Positions 1-8,093 of a DNA stretch of 41,798 bases are shown piece by piece. Within the stretch, counting starts at the first letter, position 1. Each line of letters starts with the position of its first letter. A model generated the notes under the pieces. The model was not told the origin of the DNA. It did not search any database and saw only the letters and a program-made list of their open reading frames with translations. Made by a program: the position numbers and the translations under genes. Source of the DNA: a virus (taxonomy: Duplodnaviria; Heunggongvirae; Uroviricota; Caudoviricetes); the IMG/VR virus record IMGVR_UViG_2563366805_000010, positions 1 to 41,798 of that record; one strand, 5' to 3'.

Positions 1-1194
1 ATGATCACCGACACAAAGCTCAGGAAGGCGCTCGGCAAGAAAAGAGATGATATCGAGATTATTTCTGATTCGCACGGGCTCAACGCCAGAATCAGCCAGG
101 CCGGAAAAATATCATTTTTCTATCGGTATCGCTGGGCCGGTAAAGCGGTAAAACTCAATGTTGGTGATTATCCTGCAATGAGTATCACCCAGGCAAGAGA
201 GCGTCGCCAACAATTCAGAAACTGGTTAACTGAGGGACTGGATCCGCGAGAGCAGGTGAAGCTGGATAAGCAGACCCGACAGGAAGCGATGTCCGTTGCC
301 GAAGCGTTCAATTACTGGATTGAAAGGCACTGTATCGCTAACGGGCTAGTTAAAGTCGATTACTATCGCCAGGTGTTTGAGAAACATATCGCCGAACCGA
401 TGAAGAATGTCAAAGTCGATAACACAGCGAAAATGCACTGGATCAACGTCTTCGATTCTATAGAAAGCAGGGTGATGGCTCATTACATGCTTTCGCTGTG
501 CAAACGGGCGTTTAGGTTCTGCGTTAACAGAAGTGTGATCGCCTCAAACCCACTCGAGGGATTACTGCCATCTGATGTCGGGCAAAAGCCTAAAAAGAGA
601 ACTCGCAGGATGGACGATGACGATCTGCGCAAAATCTATCAGTGGTTGAAAAGCCATATGTCGATAGAGTCCGTTTTCCTGGTGAAATTTATTATGCTTA
701 CCGGATGCCGTACGGCTGAGATTCGACTTAGTGAGAGATCATGGTTTCGATTGGATGATAATGAGTGGGTCGTGCCTGCGGGCAGTTATAAAACTCGGGT
801 ACATATTAGAAGGGGACTCTCAGACGCCGCCGTTAACCTGGTCAGAAATCACCTCAAGAAAATAAACACCAATCACCTGGTGACTTCACAACGTAAAATT
901 GATGGCGGGATCAAAGATTCGCCCGTTCATTCACCTGTGGCATCCAATTACGCCCGTTCTATTTGGAATGGAACAGGTATGGCAGAGTGGTCGCTTCATG
1001 ATATGAGGCGGACGATAGCCACAAATCTCTCTGAGTTAGGTTGCCCGCCGCACGTAATTGAAAAGCTGCTCGGGCATCAGATGGTGGGGGTTATGGCGCA
1101 TTACAACCTTCATGACTATATCGATGATCAGAAACACTGGCTCCGCGTTTGGCAGAGCCATCTTGAAGAGATCATCGGAGAGCCCTTCAGTTAA
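1..1194 (+). CDS. int: Tyrosine recombinase / phage integrase (P4-type)
   Basis: 397-aa ORF starting at window position 1; N-terminus [10 protein letters not shown]...YRYRWAGK typical of P4-family integrases; C-terminal catalytic region with HDMRRT and GHQ...AHYNLHDY motifs (R-H-R-Y signature). Confidence 0.9.
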
Positions 1195-1433
1195 TTTATC
1201 TTCTTTTTATCCTCCCACTCTTTGATTGACTCAGAGCGCCAGCGGTTAGGGTTGCCGGGCCAGTCAGGGGGTGGGAACGGGCATACGAAGCCCCGAGGCA
1301 TTGTGTCTGCACTTTGCCATGACCAAAGGGTTTTGCGTGAAATTTTGTAGCGACTGGTCAGGTCTGACGTTACCAAAATATCATCCATAGCTCTCTCCAG
1401 TTGCCCGTTCGGGCCATTCAAAATCTTTTTCAA
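1191..1433 (-). CDS. AlpA/excisionase-like small DNA-binding protein
   Basis: 80-aa ORF convergent with int, overlapping its stop; C-terminal [10 protein letters not shown] resembles the AlpA/Xis motif; an internal Met (MDDIL) may be the true start. Confidence 0.7.
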
Positions 1434-1675
1434 CCAACCTGCCCGGGCAGGGAGCGGAGACGGCGCATGCCGGTCATCGCTGTGGCCACGTAGCTCGCCT
1501 TTCGGTTCACCACCTCCACCCAGACTTTCACGCCTTCAACCTTCACCGTATAAGTCTCTTTCATCTTGCTTCGCCCATAGTCGCCATATGTTTGCAAGTG
1601 AGCTGCCAGCGCAACATCGCAAGCGCGGCGACCAATAGGTGATTGCTTACTGCGATTAATCAGCTTCATCATCAC
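1430..1675 (-). CDS. Hypothetical protein (81 aa)
   Basis: ORF overlaps upstream and downstream genes by 4 nt, consistent with translational coupling in the leftward operon; no recognisable motif. Confidence 0.45.
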   Translation of the reverse strand: MMMKLINRSKQSPIGRRACDVALAAHLQTYGDYGRSKMKETYTVKVEGVKVWVEVVNRKASYVATAMTGMRRLRSLPGQVG

Positions 1676-2544
1676 TGCACTCCCAAAGTGGCTACGACAT
1701 CACTCGCTGTTTCGCGGGTACTGCCTTTGCTGGATATAGCCCGGCGAGCACTGACGCGGTGCAGCGTGAAGCCGTGCTGTTCGTAAAGTTCAATTACGCG
1801 AGGAGCGGTAGAATTGCTGATCACCACTTTTGCCCCCCGCTGGTGGGCTGCCACACAGCTTTCCGTAAGTTCTACCTGGCTATCCCATGAGAACCCACCA
1901 GCCGCGTAGTTAGTGAAACCAGCGGTGCCGGGCAGCGGTTCATAAGGCGGATCGCAGTAAACGACGTCACCATCACCTGCCAGCGCGATCGTGCGCCTGA
2001 AGCCTGCATTCATGAATACGCATGCGTGAGCCTTCCGCTTAAATGCCCTGATCTCTTCTTCCGGGAAATATGGCGCTTTATATTTCCCAAAGCCGACGTT
2101 AAAAAAACCGTCCAGGTTATAACGGATCAGCCCGTTGAAGCAGTGCCGGTTGAGGTAAAGGAGCGCTGCTGCGCGCTCAACCGCATCCAGCCGCTGCGCG
2201 TTGAATGCTTCACGAATTACCGTGTAGTTTTCGGCATCATTCAGATGCCTGAATGCCTTCATTGCCTCATAGATCACCGAGTCGGGGACCACCGCCAGCA
2301 TCTGATACAGGTTAATCAGGTCAGCGTTGACGTCAGCCAGAAGAAAGCGTTCGTGCTTGTCTGAGTTAAGGAACACCGAGCCGCCACCCACAAAAGGCTC
2401 AATAAGGCGTTTACCTGCGGGGATCAAACGATCCAGTTCCGGCAGCAGCGAATATTTGCCTCCAGCCCATTTAAGGAACGGGCGCTGCCAAGTGCGCGGC
2501 TCTGTTTCCGTCTCTTGGCGCGATATCTCCGCACAATAACTCAT
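1672..2544 (-). CDS. dam: DNA adenine methyltransferase, Dam family (GATC-type N6-adenine MTase)
   Basis: 290 aa; motif I FLKWAGGK and catalytic motif IV DPPY (VVYCDPPYEPL); no adjacent restriction endonuclease, so an orphan MTase. Confidence 0.9.
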   Translation of the reverse strand: MSYCAEISRQETETEPRTWQRPFLKWAGGKYSLLPELDRLIPAGKRLIEPFVGGGSVFLNSDKHERFLLADVNADLINLYQMLAVVPDSVIYEAMKAFRHLNDAENYTVIREAFNAQRLDAVERAAALLYLNRHCFNGLIRYNLDGFFNVGFGKYKAPYFPEEEIRAFKRKAHACVFMNAGFRRTIALAGDGDVVYCDPPYEPLPGTAGFTNYAAGGFSWDSQVELTESCVAAHQRGAKVVISNSTAPRVIELYEQHGFTLHRVSARRAISSKGSTRETASDVVATLGVQ

Positions 2545-2699
2545 GCAGCCACCTGCTTTTCGTTAAGTTCTTCTGCCAGTCGTTGCGCCTTCAGTGGGTT
2601 GGTAACGACATCATCCCACGGTAGCAACCACCCGTTTTTCTCTTTGAGCCAGGGAAGGCGCACCGCGCCAACCCTGATTTCGTCCTGTGTGTGCGTCAT
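2541..2699 (-). CDS. Small hypothetical protein (52 aa)
   Basis: Not in the ORF track (under 60 aa); ATG overlaps the upstream stop as ATGA and its stop overlaps the dam start as ATGA. Confidence 0.3.
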   Translation of the reverse strand: MTHTQDEIRVGAVRLPWLKEKNGWLLPWDDVVTNPLKAQRLAEELNEKQVAA

Positions 2700-3427
2700 A
2701 ACGCATAGATAGAGTGAGAAGGGAATGGAAGACCGATCGGCGCAAACGGGATATCGTCGTCAAAGTCTACCGGTGGCTGACCGCTGTTCTGCTGCAAGCG
2801 AGACTGTGGTGCGCCTCCAGTCTGATTTGCATAAGGGTTACCGCCATGTTGGGCATTGCGCGGACCAGAGAACTGCGTGCCGCCGTGGATACGTTCGTCC
2901 TTATCCTTCATCGACAGTTCAAGCGCGGCGATCGCTTCTGCCGGGGCATTTTCAGCGTGCTCGGCGTAGGTTTTACGCGTTCCCGGCTGGAAAACGTGGC
3001 GCACTTCGAACTTGTAGCCGTCACCGCCGTCGTTTTTGGTGTACAGCACTTTCTGGAGGAACAGGCCCACCTTTTTGCCAACCAGTGCCGGGCAGTGCCA
3101 TTCGATGCCGTTTTGACCCTGTACCTGTTGCGGTTGCGCCTGTTTGACCTGGGCGACCCACATCAGCGCTGACACCAGCCCCATGCCGAAAGTCTGCTGG
3201 CCGTCTTTGCCGAGGAAGTTAATGCGCAAGTAATTTGCTTTTGCCCCGTTCGAGTCCAGGCTGAGTTCGAGCGCCTGGGATTGGCTGCCATCTTTCCCGA
3301 AGGTGTACACCGCAGAAACGATTTCGCCCTCGTAAGCGCCGGTTTCGCTGATCCCGCCTGTTGCGCCAGCTTTCTTCGCCATCTCAGCCGTTTCGTTGTT
3401 CCACATAAAAGTCATTGGTTGGTTCAT
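2696..3427 (-). CDS. SSB-like ssDNA-binding protein (Sak4-associated)
   Basis: 243 aa immediately downstream of Sak4; contains the SSB acidic tail motif DFDDDIPF followed by 15 more residues; Gly/Gln-rich linker before it; OB-like segment IEWHCPALVGKKVGLF. Confidence 0.55.
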   Translation of the reverse strand: MNQPMTFMWNNETAEMAKKAGATGGISETGAYEGEIVSAVYTFGKDGSQSQALELSLDSNGAKANYLRINFLGKDGQQTFGMGLVSALMWVAQVKQAQPQQVQGQNGIEWHCPALVGKKVGLFLQKVLYTKNDGGDGYKFEVRHVFQPGTRKTYAEHAENAPAEAIAALELSMKDKDERIHGGTQFSGPRNAQHGGNPYANQTGGAPQSRLQQNSGQPPVDFDDDIPFAPIGLPFPSHSIYAL

Positions 3428-3443
3428 CGTTAAATCCTCAAAG

Positions 3444-4115
3444 TTACAATTCGGTCATAAATTCGGTGATAGCCACGTCTACGGCGTGGAGGTCGTTGTC
3501 CATTTCCGTCTGGTCCGGGAACAGGTCGGGCGGCGCTTTGGCGGTGTCGTTGTCATCGCCTTTGATGAGAAAAACGTGTTTACCGTCCTTCTTGATGGCG
3601 CGCAGCACGATGGAGAAATAGCCCTCTGGAGTCAGCTTTTCGTTGAGCATCTTCCCGGTGGTCTTCATGCGGATCTTTCCCTCGGTCTCTTCGGTGTGAG
3701 CCAGGAAATAAACGCGGAAGTCGTCCGGCAGCTCGGTGGCCGCCATGATGATTCGCCAGATGTGATCTGCCATTTCGGTGAATTTGGCATAGCCGGTCTG
3801 GTACGCGCGGTTCATGTTCTCGTGCTGCATGACCACCTGGAAATCGTCGATGATCAGGACGCGGCGCGTTTTCGACTGCACCATGCGATAGATGGTGTCC
3901 AGCACCGTTTCCCAGTTATCCGAGCGCAGAACGTTACCGCGCTGTTTGCTTCCGTCTGGCAGCAGCTTGCCGTGAAGTTTCCAGCCCGCAGACTTGAACG
4001 GCAGCATTTTGGGAATGCACTGGAGCAGCATCACATCGTCCGGATTGAAGTTGCGCAGGCTGTAGGACTTGCCCGCGCCAGAGTCACCTAGGATCAGCAC
4101 TGGAGTACCCATCAT
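3444..4115 (-). CDS. Sak4-like RecA-fold recombination ATPase
   Basis: 223 aa; Walker A GDSGAGKS near N-terminus, Walker B VLIIDD; position next to exonuclease and SSB-like genes. Confidence 0.8.
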   Translation of the reverse strand: MMGTPVLILGDSGAGKSYSLRNFNPDDVMLLQCIPKMLPFKSAGWKLHGKLLPDGSKQRGNVLRSDNWETVLDTIYRMVQSKTRRVLIIDDFQVVMQHENMNRAYQTGYAKFTEMADHIWRIIMAATELPDDFRVYFLAHTEETEGKIRMKTTGKMLNEKLTPEGYFSIVLRAIKKDGKHVFLIKGDDNDTAKAPPDLFPDQTEMDNDLHAVDVAITEFMTEL

Positions 4116-4783
4116 TTACCCCCGTTCAGCCAGTGTTCAGCCGTAAACAGCACGTCTTCGTCTTCGCTGTTGGCAACGAGCCAGCGCAGGTAACCCGGTT
4201 CTGTTTTTGCCAGCTCTGCGAACGAGACGCCTTTATGCTTACCGAAGCGGAGCGCATGCAGCAGGGAAGGGTTATTGGAGATGGCGCGCATTTCGCCCAT
4301 CGTCCATTTCGCCAGGCGGCCCATATAGAGCAGCAATTCGGCGGTGACGTAGCAGTCATACAGCGCTCGGTGAGCGTAAAGCCCTTCAGGTACTTCCGGT
4401 TTCAGTCCGAGGCTGTAACGCAGGTACTGGTTGCTGTGGCTCTTGTGATCCGGCAGGAGCGAACGCGCCAGCTTAGCGGTACAGATCCACGGGGCGTTCA
4501 TTGCAGGAAGTTTGGCTTTATCGAACTTCGCGTTGTGGGCGACGTAGGCATCTGCCCCCAGATAGCGGCCAATTACTTCACTGAGCAGCGGCGCGCCTTC
4601 CACCATGTCTTCGGTGATATGGTGAATAGCCATGGCCTCAAAACCGATCGCCACGCCTGGCTTAACGAGGTCGCTCATTGGATTGCAGATCACCCCGTCG
4701 ACGATATCGACGCTGGCAATTTCCACCACGGTTTCCGGACCGCCTTCCAGCCCAGTCGTTTCGGTATCAATGACACGCAGCAT
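4112..4783 (-). CDS. DEDDh 3'-5' exonuclease (DnaQ/ExoX-like)
   Basis: Exo I motif VIDTETTG, Exo II HNAKFD, Exo III HRALYDCYVTAEL; start placed at internal ATG 4783 preceded by AGGGGA SD (track ORF extends to 4852). Confidence 0.8.
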   Translation of the reverse strand: MLRVIDTETTGLEGGPETVVEIASVDIVDGVICNPMSDLVKPGVAIGFEAMAIHHITEDMVEGAPLLSEVIGRYLGADAYVAHNAKFDKAKLPAMNAPWICTAKLARSLLPDHKSHSNQYLRYSLGLKPEVPEGLYAHRALYDCYVTAELLLYMGRLAKWTMGEMRAISNNPSLLHALRFGKHKGVSFAELAKTEPGYLRWLVANSEDEDVLFTAEHWLNGGK

Positions 4784-4934
4784 TGTTAATCCCCTGTGTT
4801 CTGTAATCACAAACTGCATCGAAGTGCGCGAGCTGGTGGGCAATAGCCTCAAGGTCAGCTGGCGATAAGTTGTACATCAGGCACAGAAGCGCGATAAGGT
4901 TCATCGCCTGCTGCTGTTTGGTCGTAGCCTGCAT
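4767..4934 (-). CDS. Small hypothetical protein (55 aa)
   Basis: Below track size cutoff; ATG preceded by AGAGGA; 3' end overlaps the exonuclease start. Confidence 0.3.
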   Translation of the reverse strand: MQATTKQQQAMNLIALLCLMYNLSPADLEAIAHQLAHFDAVCDYRTQGINNAACH

Positions 4935-5013
4935 ATCCATTCCTCTGAAAAAGGTTGTAAGAATCCCGGCACCATAATGGCTGCCTGTATTTGATTAATT
5001 GAAAATTTGCTTT

Positions 5014-5604
5014 TTAATTATCGAAGAAAAAAACTATTCGAATATTTTCAGGGATAATATTTTTCTCTAACCACCATAATTCCAGAGCTCTGCTCTCCAG
5101 CGATTCATGAATATTTTTTAAAGCATCTACCGTATCTTCCCATTCCCGGAAAACAAAGCCTGGCATGCTTGTCCACCCACACCATGAATCGGGTTTAATA
5201 CCCTTATCAAGATCTGCCGCTTGTTTTTCTGAAATCATTCCTTTGAATGGCATTGGAGTAAGGTTGGTTCTGAACTCCCGAATTTCGGCAAGACTGACGT
5301 AACTGTGAGAATGTCCATCACACCCCCATTCTTCTGATACCTGCTTGGTGTAATCACAAGCATCGTCAGGTATACCGCGTGGTTCGGATATCTTAGGCGT
5401 TTCGTCAGCGTATGCTCTTACTCCGCAGAGTTGGGAGAATGCTGCATAATTACGAGAACTCTCTAAATCAATACGTTCAAATTCCCGTTCGCCATCGTCA
5501 TTTCCATACCATAGGTTTTTACGGAAATGATCATAATTAACCCATTTTTCTTCACCGTTAATTGAGCGTTTAACCTCAACCATCATATGAATATCGCAGC
5601 CCAT
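5014..5604 (-). CDS. Hypothetical Cys/His-rich protein (196 aa) in AT-rich cassette
   Basis: ATG preceded by AAGGA SD; segments GCDIH, CDY, GCDGHSHSY, WCGW suggest metal binding; visibly lower GC than flanking genes; no family recognised. Confidence 0.6.
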   Translation of the reverse strand: MGCDIHMMVEVKRSINGEEKWVNYDHFRKNLWYGNDDGEREFERIDLESSRNYAAFSQLCGVRAYADETPKISEPRGIPDDACDYTKQVSEEWGCDGHSHSYVSLAEIREFRTNLTPMPFKGMISEKQAADLDKGIKPDSWCGWTSMPGFVFREWEDTVDALKNIHESLESRALELWWLEKNIIPENIRIVFFFDN

Positions 5605-5643
5605 AGCTATTTCCTTTATAACTGATTGATAGTCAAAATACCG

Positions 5644-5916
5644 TTAAACTTGAGATTCACCGCAGAACGGGCAGAAACTCATTTTTACGTTGGTTTCTAG
5701 GCGGTTCAGGTTTTTAGCCATTTCGCCGTTTTTCTTTTTGGCCCGGTACGCCAGTTTGTATTTCAGCATCATAAACAGTTTGCCTTCGGAAAGAGAAAGA
5801 ACCTGATTATCCCAACCGGTATCAAAAGTGCTTTCGCTTACTTCAGCACCTTCCGGAACCTTCTCTTTCAGTCGCGCTTCGATATGAGCACCGACCTCAT
5901 TAATGCAGTTGCACAT
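5644..5916 (-). CDS. Hypothetical protein (90 aa) with terminal Cys pairs (possible zinc ribbon)
   Basis: ATG preceded by GAGGG SD; N-terminal CNC and C-terminal CPFCG; same AT-rich block as the 196-aa gene. Confidence 0.55.
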   Translation of the reverse strand: MCNCINEVGAHIEARLKEKVPEGAEVSESTFDTGWDNQVLSLSEGKLFMMLKYKLAYRAKKKNGEMAKNLNRLETNVKMSFCPFCGESQV

Positions 5917-5926
5917 CCCTTATCCC

Positions 5927-6124
5927 TCAAAATTTCGCGTCATAACCCGCTGGCGTTTCGTCAGCGTGAATGATGCCTTCGACTGGATAGCAGTTAGTGA
6001 CGCCCATTTGCTCACTCGCTGCCGCTTCACATTGCTGCTGATTGTCGATAATACCGACAACAGCGTCCTGGTAATCACCGTTCGTCATGGTGATGGTCAG
6101 CACTAATGCGTACAGGGCTCCCAT
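5927..6124 (-). CDS. Small hypothetical protein (65 aa)
   Basis: Start chosen at internal ATG that overlaps the upstream stop as ATGA; the longer 108-aa track ORF would overlap the upstream gene out of frame. Confidence 0.4.
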   Translation of the reverse strand: MGALYALVLTITMTNGDYQDAVVGIIDNQQQCEAAASEQMGVTNCYPVEGIIHADETPAGYDAKF

Positions 6125-6324
6125 CAGTGAGTCCCCGCAGGCACAAGATTTGGTTCGATGGTGCGTGAGGCATAAGGGCGTCGAATGTTGCGCAGGTTGC
6201 CCTGCGGTTCGTGCCAGTAGGTGCCGTCGCGGTAGTCGTAGGAAACCTGCCATGCTGCGCCGGTGCGGCTGTTGCGCATTACGACAGCACGACCGTTATT
6301 TGGTACTGGGTTAGCAGCTTTCAT
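6124..6324 (-). CDS. Small hypothetical protein (66 aa)
   Basis: ATG preceded by GGAGG SD; early position in the PL transcript. Confidence 0.5.
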   Translation of the reverse strand: MKAANPVPNNGRAVVMRNSRTGAAWQVSYDYRDGTYWHEPQGNLRNIRRPYASRTIEPNLVPAGTH

Positions 6325-6410
6325 GAAATAGCCTCCACGAATTCTGCGAAGCTGAGCGCTACTTCACCTTCAGCCAGACTTTCGAAATATTCCTCGTATG
6401 CCTTTTCCAT
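6321..6410 (-). CDS. Very small acidic ORF (29-31 aa)
   Basis: MEKAYEEYFESLAEGEVALSFAEFVEAIS; stop overlaps next ATG as ATGA; first ORF after the predicted PL; weak evidence. Confidence 0.2.
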   Translation of the reverse strand: MEKAYEEYFESLAEGEVALSFAEFVEAIS

Positions 6411-6490
6411 TCTCATCCCCTTGCCGTCTTCCCGGCTGCCAGAACTTTTACCCGGGCATTCGCGTTTGAATGCGTTGTTTGGATGAGCTA

Positions 6491-6554
6491 ACAATAGCTA
6501 AAGCGATTATTTGAGTCAATCGCTTAAACGATAATTTATTTAGCTAAAGCGATA
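6491..6554 (-). promoter_or_regulatory. Leftward early promoter PL with operator cluster OL
   Basis: On minus strand TTGACT-17 nt-TATTGT; overlapped and flanked by three sites with ATCGC half-sites (atagctaaagcgatt, atcgcttaaacgat, ttagctaaagcgat) matching the OR operators. Confidence 0.5.
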
Positions 6555-6652
6555 ATTTTATGATTTATAAGATTATTTATTTGATTGGGAAATGTGCGAT
6601 GAAATGATATTAGCGAAGGAATTGGGGGAATTTTAATCAGGTCAGGAACAAT

Positions 6653-6672
6653 AAAAAACCCGGCAAGCCGGG
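6653..6672 (-). terminator. Rho-independent terminator downstream of cI
   Basis: GC hairpin CCCGG-CAAG-CCGGG followed on minus strand by a T-run, directly after the cI stop; A-run on the other side could make it bidirectional. Confidence 0.6.
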
Positions 6673-6673
6673 T

Positions 6674-7366
6674 TTATGCGAAGCGCTTGTACTCTATTGA
6701 TTGTCTTAGTAGCACTTTAGCCATTACGTAGAACTGATCTTCGTCTTCTGACTCAACATACCATTTCTCGTAGATAGGGTTGTCTGAGATGACAGCAAGC
6801 CGATCTCTTTGCATCTGAAGTCTTTTGACGTGCAGAGTTTTTCCGAACACAAATACGTAAACGCCATCACCATCAAAATGAGTCACGCCAGTATCAACAA
6901 AAATTTGATCTCCTGGTGAGATGGTTCCATCCATGCTGTCGCCGTTAACAGTGATAACTTTTACATTATCTGCGGGGCGGTTTCCGAAAAGTGCGCGAGC
7001 CTGTTCAGTTGTGTATTCGATTGCTCTTATGGTTTCGATAAAATCACTGGTAACTAGCGAGCCAGGACCGGCGCTGGCCTTAACGTCAAGCACATCCACG
7101 CGGTAAACCTCATTCATAACTGGTTTAATTTGGCATAGCGTGTTTGCTTCGCGAATGCCAGATTCCAACATCTCACCTTGCCCCGTTGAAAGCCATTCAG
7201 GACGCACACCCAGAACAGATGCGATCTCTACTGTTTTTCGTGAGCCGTTCGCACCTTTAAGTAACTTATTTACGCTGGACTGAGCCATGCCTACATCTTT
7301 CGCCAGCCTAGCCTGCGTGTATCCAGCGACGTCCATTGCGTGCCCTAAGCGTTCTGAGAATCCCAT
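6674..7366 (-). CDS. cI: CI-type phage repressor (HTH + S24 LexA-like peptidase domain)
   Basis: 230 aa; N-terminal HTH (TQARLAKDVGMAQSSVNKL); C-terminal autocleavage domain with GDSM serine and KRL lysine; AAGAGG SD; divergent from cro. Confidence 0.9.
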   Translation of the reverse strand: MGFSERLGHAMDVAGYTQARLAKDVGMAQSSVNKLLKGANGSRKTVEIASVLGVRPEWLSTGQGEMLESGIREANTLCQIKPVMNEVYRVDVLDVKASAGPGSLVTSDFIETIRAIEYTTEQARALFGNRPADNVKVITVNGDSMDGTISPGDQIFVDTGVTHFDGDGVYVFVFGKTLHVKRLQMQRDRLAVISDNPIYEKWYVESEDEDQFYVMAKVLLRQSIEYKRFA

Positions 7367-7393
7367 AAAAGCCTCTTTTTAAGTCCTCTTTAA

Positions 7394-7467
7394 ATAGTAT
7401 CGCCAAGGCGATTGTTTGGCAAAGAATCGCATAGGCGATTGACAATCGCTAAAGTGATATACATAAT
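7394..7467. promoter_or_regulatory. OR region: divergent PRM and PR with three palindromic operators
   Basis: PR TTGACA (7439-7444)-17 nt-CATAAT rightward; PRM on minus strand TTGCCA-17 nt-TACTAT leftward; operators ATCGCCAAGGCGAT (7399-7412), ATCGCATAGGCGAT (7426-7439), ATCGCTAAAGTGAT (7445-7458). Confidence 0.6.
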
Positions 7468-7494
7468 CGCTTTAAACTGATAGCTGAGGTGATT

Positions 7495-7728
7495 ATGAAG
7501 AACCCCGCAGTAGAAAAAGCGATTGCCCTTGTCGGTAGTCAGAAAGAGTTAGCTAAACGCTGTGGAAAGGCTCAATCAACGATCTGTGATTGGTTGAACG
7601 GGAAGAAGCGTATTTCTCCTGTTCATGTCCCAGACCTTGTTAATGCCGTTAACGGAGAGATTCAGGCATACGAATTTCGGCCTGATCTTCCATCCATTTT
7701 TCCACATCCAAATAACCACGCCATTTAG
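7495..7728 (+). CDS. cro: Cro-like HTH repressor
   Basis: 77 aa; HTH segment QKELAKRCGKAQSTICDWLNGKK; GAGG SD; first gene of the PR transcript. Confidence 0.8.
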   Translation: MKNPAVEKAIALVGSQKELAKRCGKAQSTICDWLNGKKRISPVHVPDLVNAVNGEIQAYEFRPDLPSIFPHPNNHAI

Positions 7729-7769
7729 TCAAACCAGTGGCGTAACTCACTTTATGAGGATTATCACCC

Positions 7770-8090
7770 ATGGAGAACGCAATCGCACGAAAGTTAGACC
7801 CGCCAGTTATCAATCCGGTTGAGATCGAAAGCGTCCTGCTCAACCGGCTTGCATCAGTGGGCCAGAAGTCTTACGCCGAGCATATGGGCATCAGCGAGTC
7901 GACAGCCAGCAGGCGTAAAGCCGAAGGGCATTTCAGCACCATGGCGAAAGAGCTGGCCTTCCTGGGGATTCAGGCCGCACCACCGGAAGCAGTGCTGGTA
8001 TCGCGTGAATATCTGGCCTCAGTCGAAACGCTCGCTGATATCGGGCTGAAAGCCGAACGGGCAAGGCCGGGGCCGCTGGGGTGGGATTAA
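7770..8090 (+). CDS. cII: CII-like transcriptional activator
   Basis: 106 aa; IESVLLNRLASVGQKSYAEHMGISESTASR resembles lambda CII (IESALLNKIAMLG...); position after cro. Confidence 0.8.
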   Translation: MENAIARKLDPPVINPVEIESVLLNRLASVGQKSYAEHMGISESTASRRKAEGHFSTMAKELAFLGIQAAPPEAVLVSREYLASVETLADIGLKAERARPGPLGWD

Positions 8091-8093
8091 ACC

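Noticed and set aside
1-1194. Integrase possibly truncated by the window edge
   Set aside because: The N-terminus matches the usual start of P4-type integrases and the length is typical, so the gene appears complete, though upstream att and promoter are outside the window.
2026-2364. 112-aa plus-strand ORF inside the dam gene
   Set aside because: Antisense shadow ORF within a well-supported gene; no SD and no coupling to neighbours.
3396-4091. 231-aa plus-strand ORF opposite Sak4
   Set aside because: Lies antisense across Sak4, whose Walker motifs support the minus-strand frame; Arg/Val-rich composition typical of a GC-rich shadow frame.
5927-6253. Full-length 108-aa track ORF
   Set aside because: Its 5' part overlaps the better-supported 66-aa gene out of frame; the internal ATG forming an ATGA overlap gives a cleaner model.
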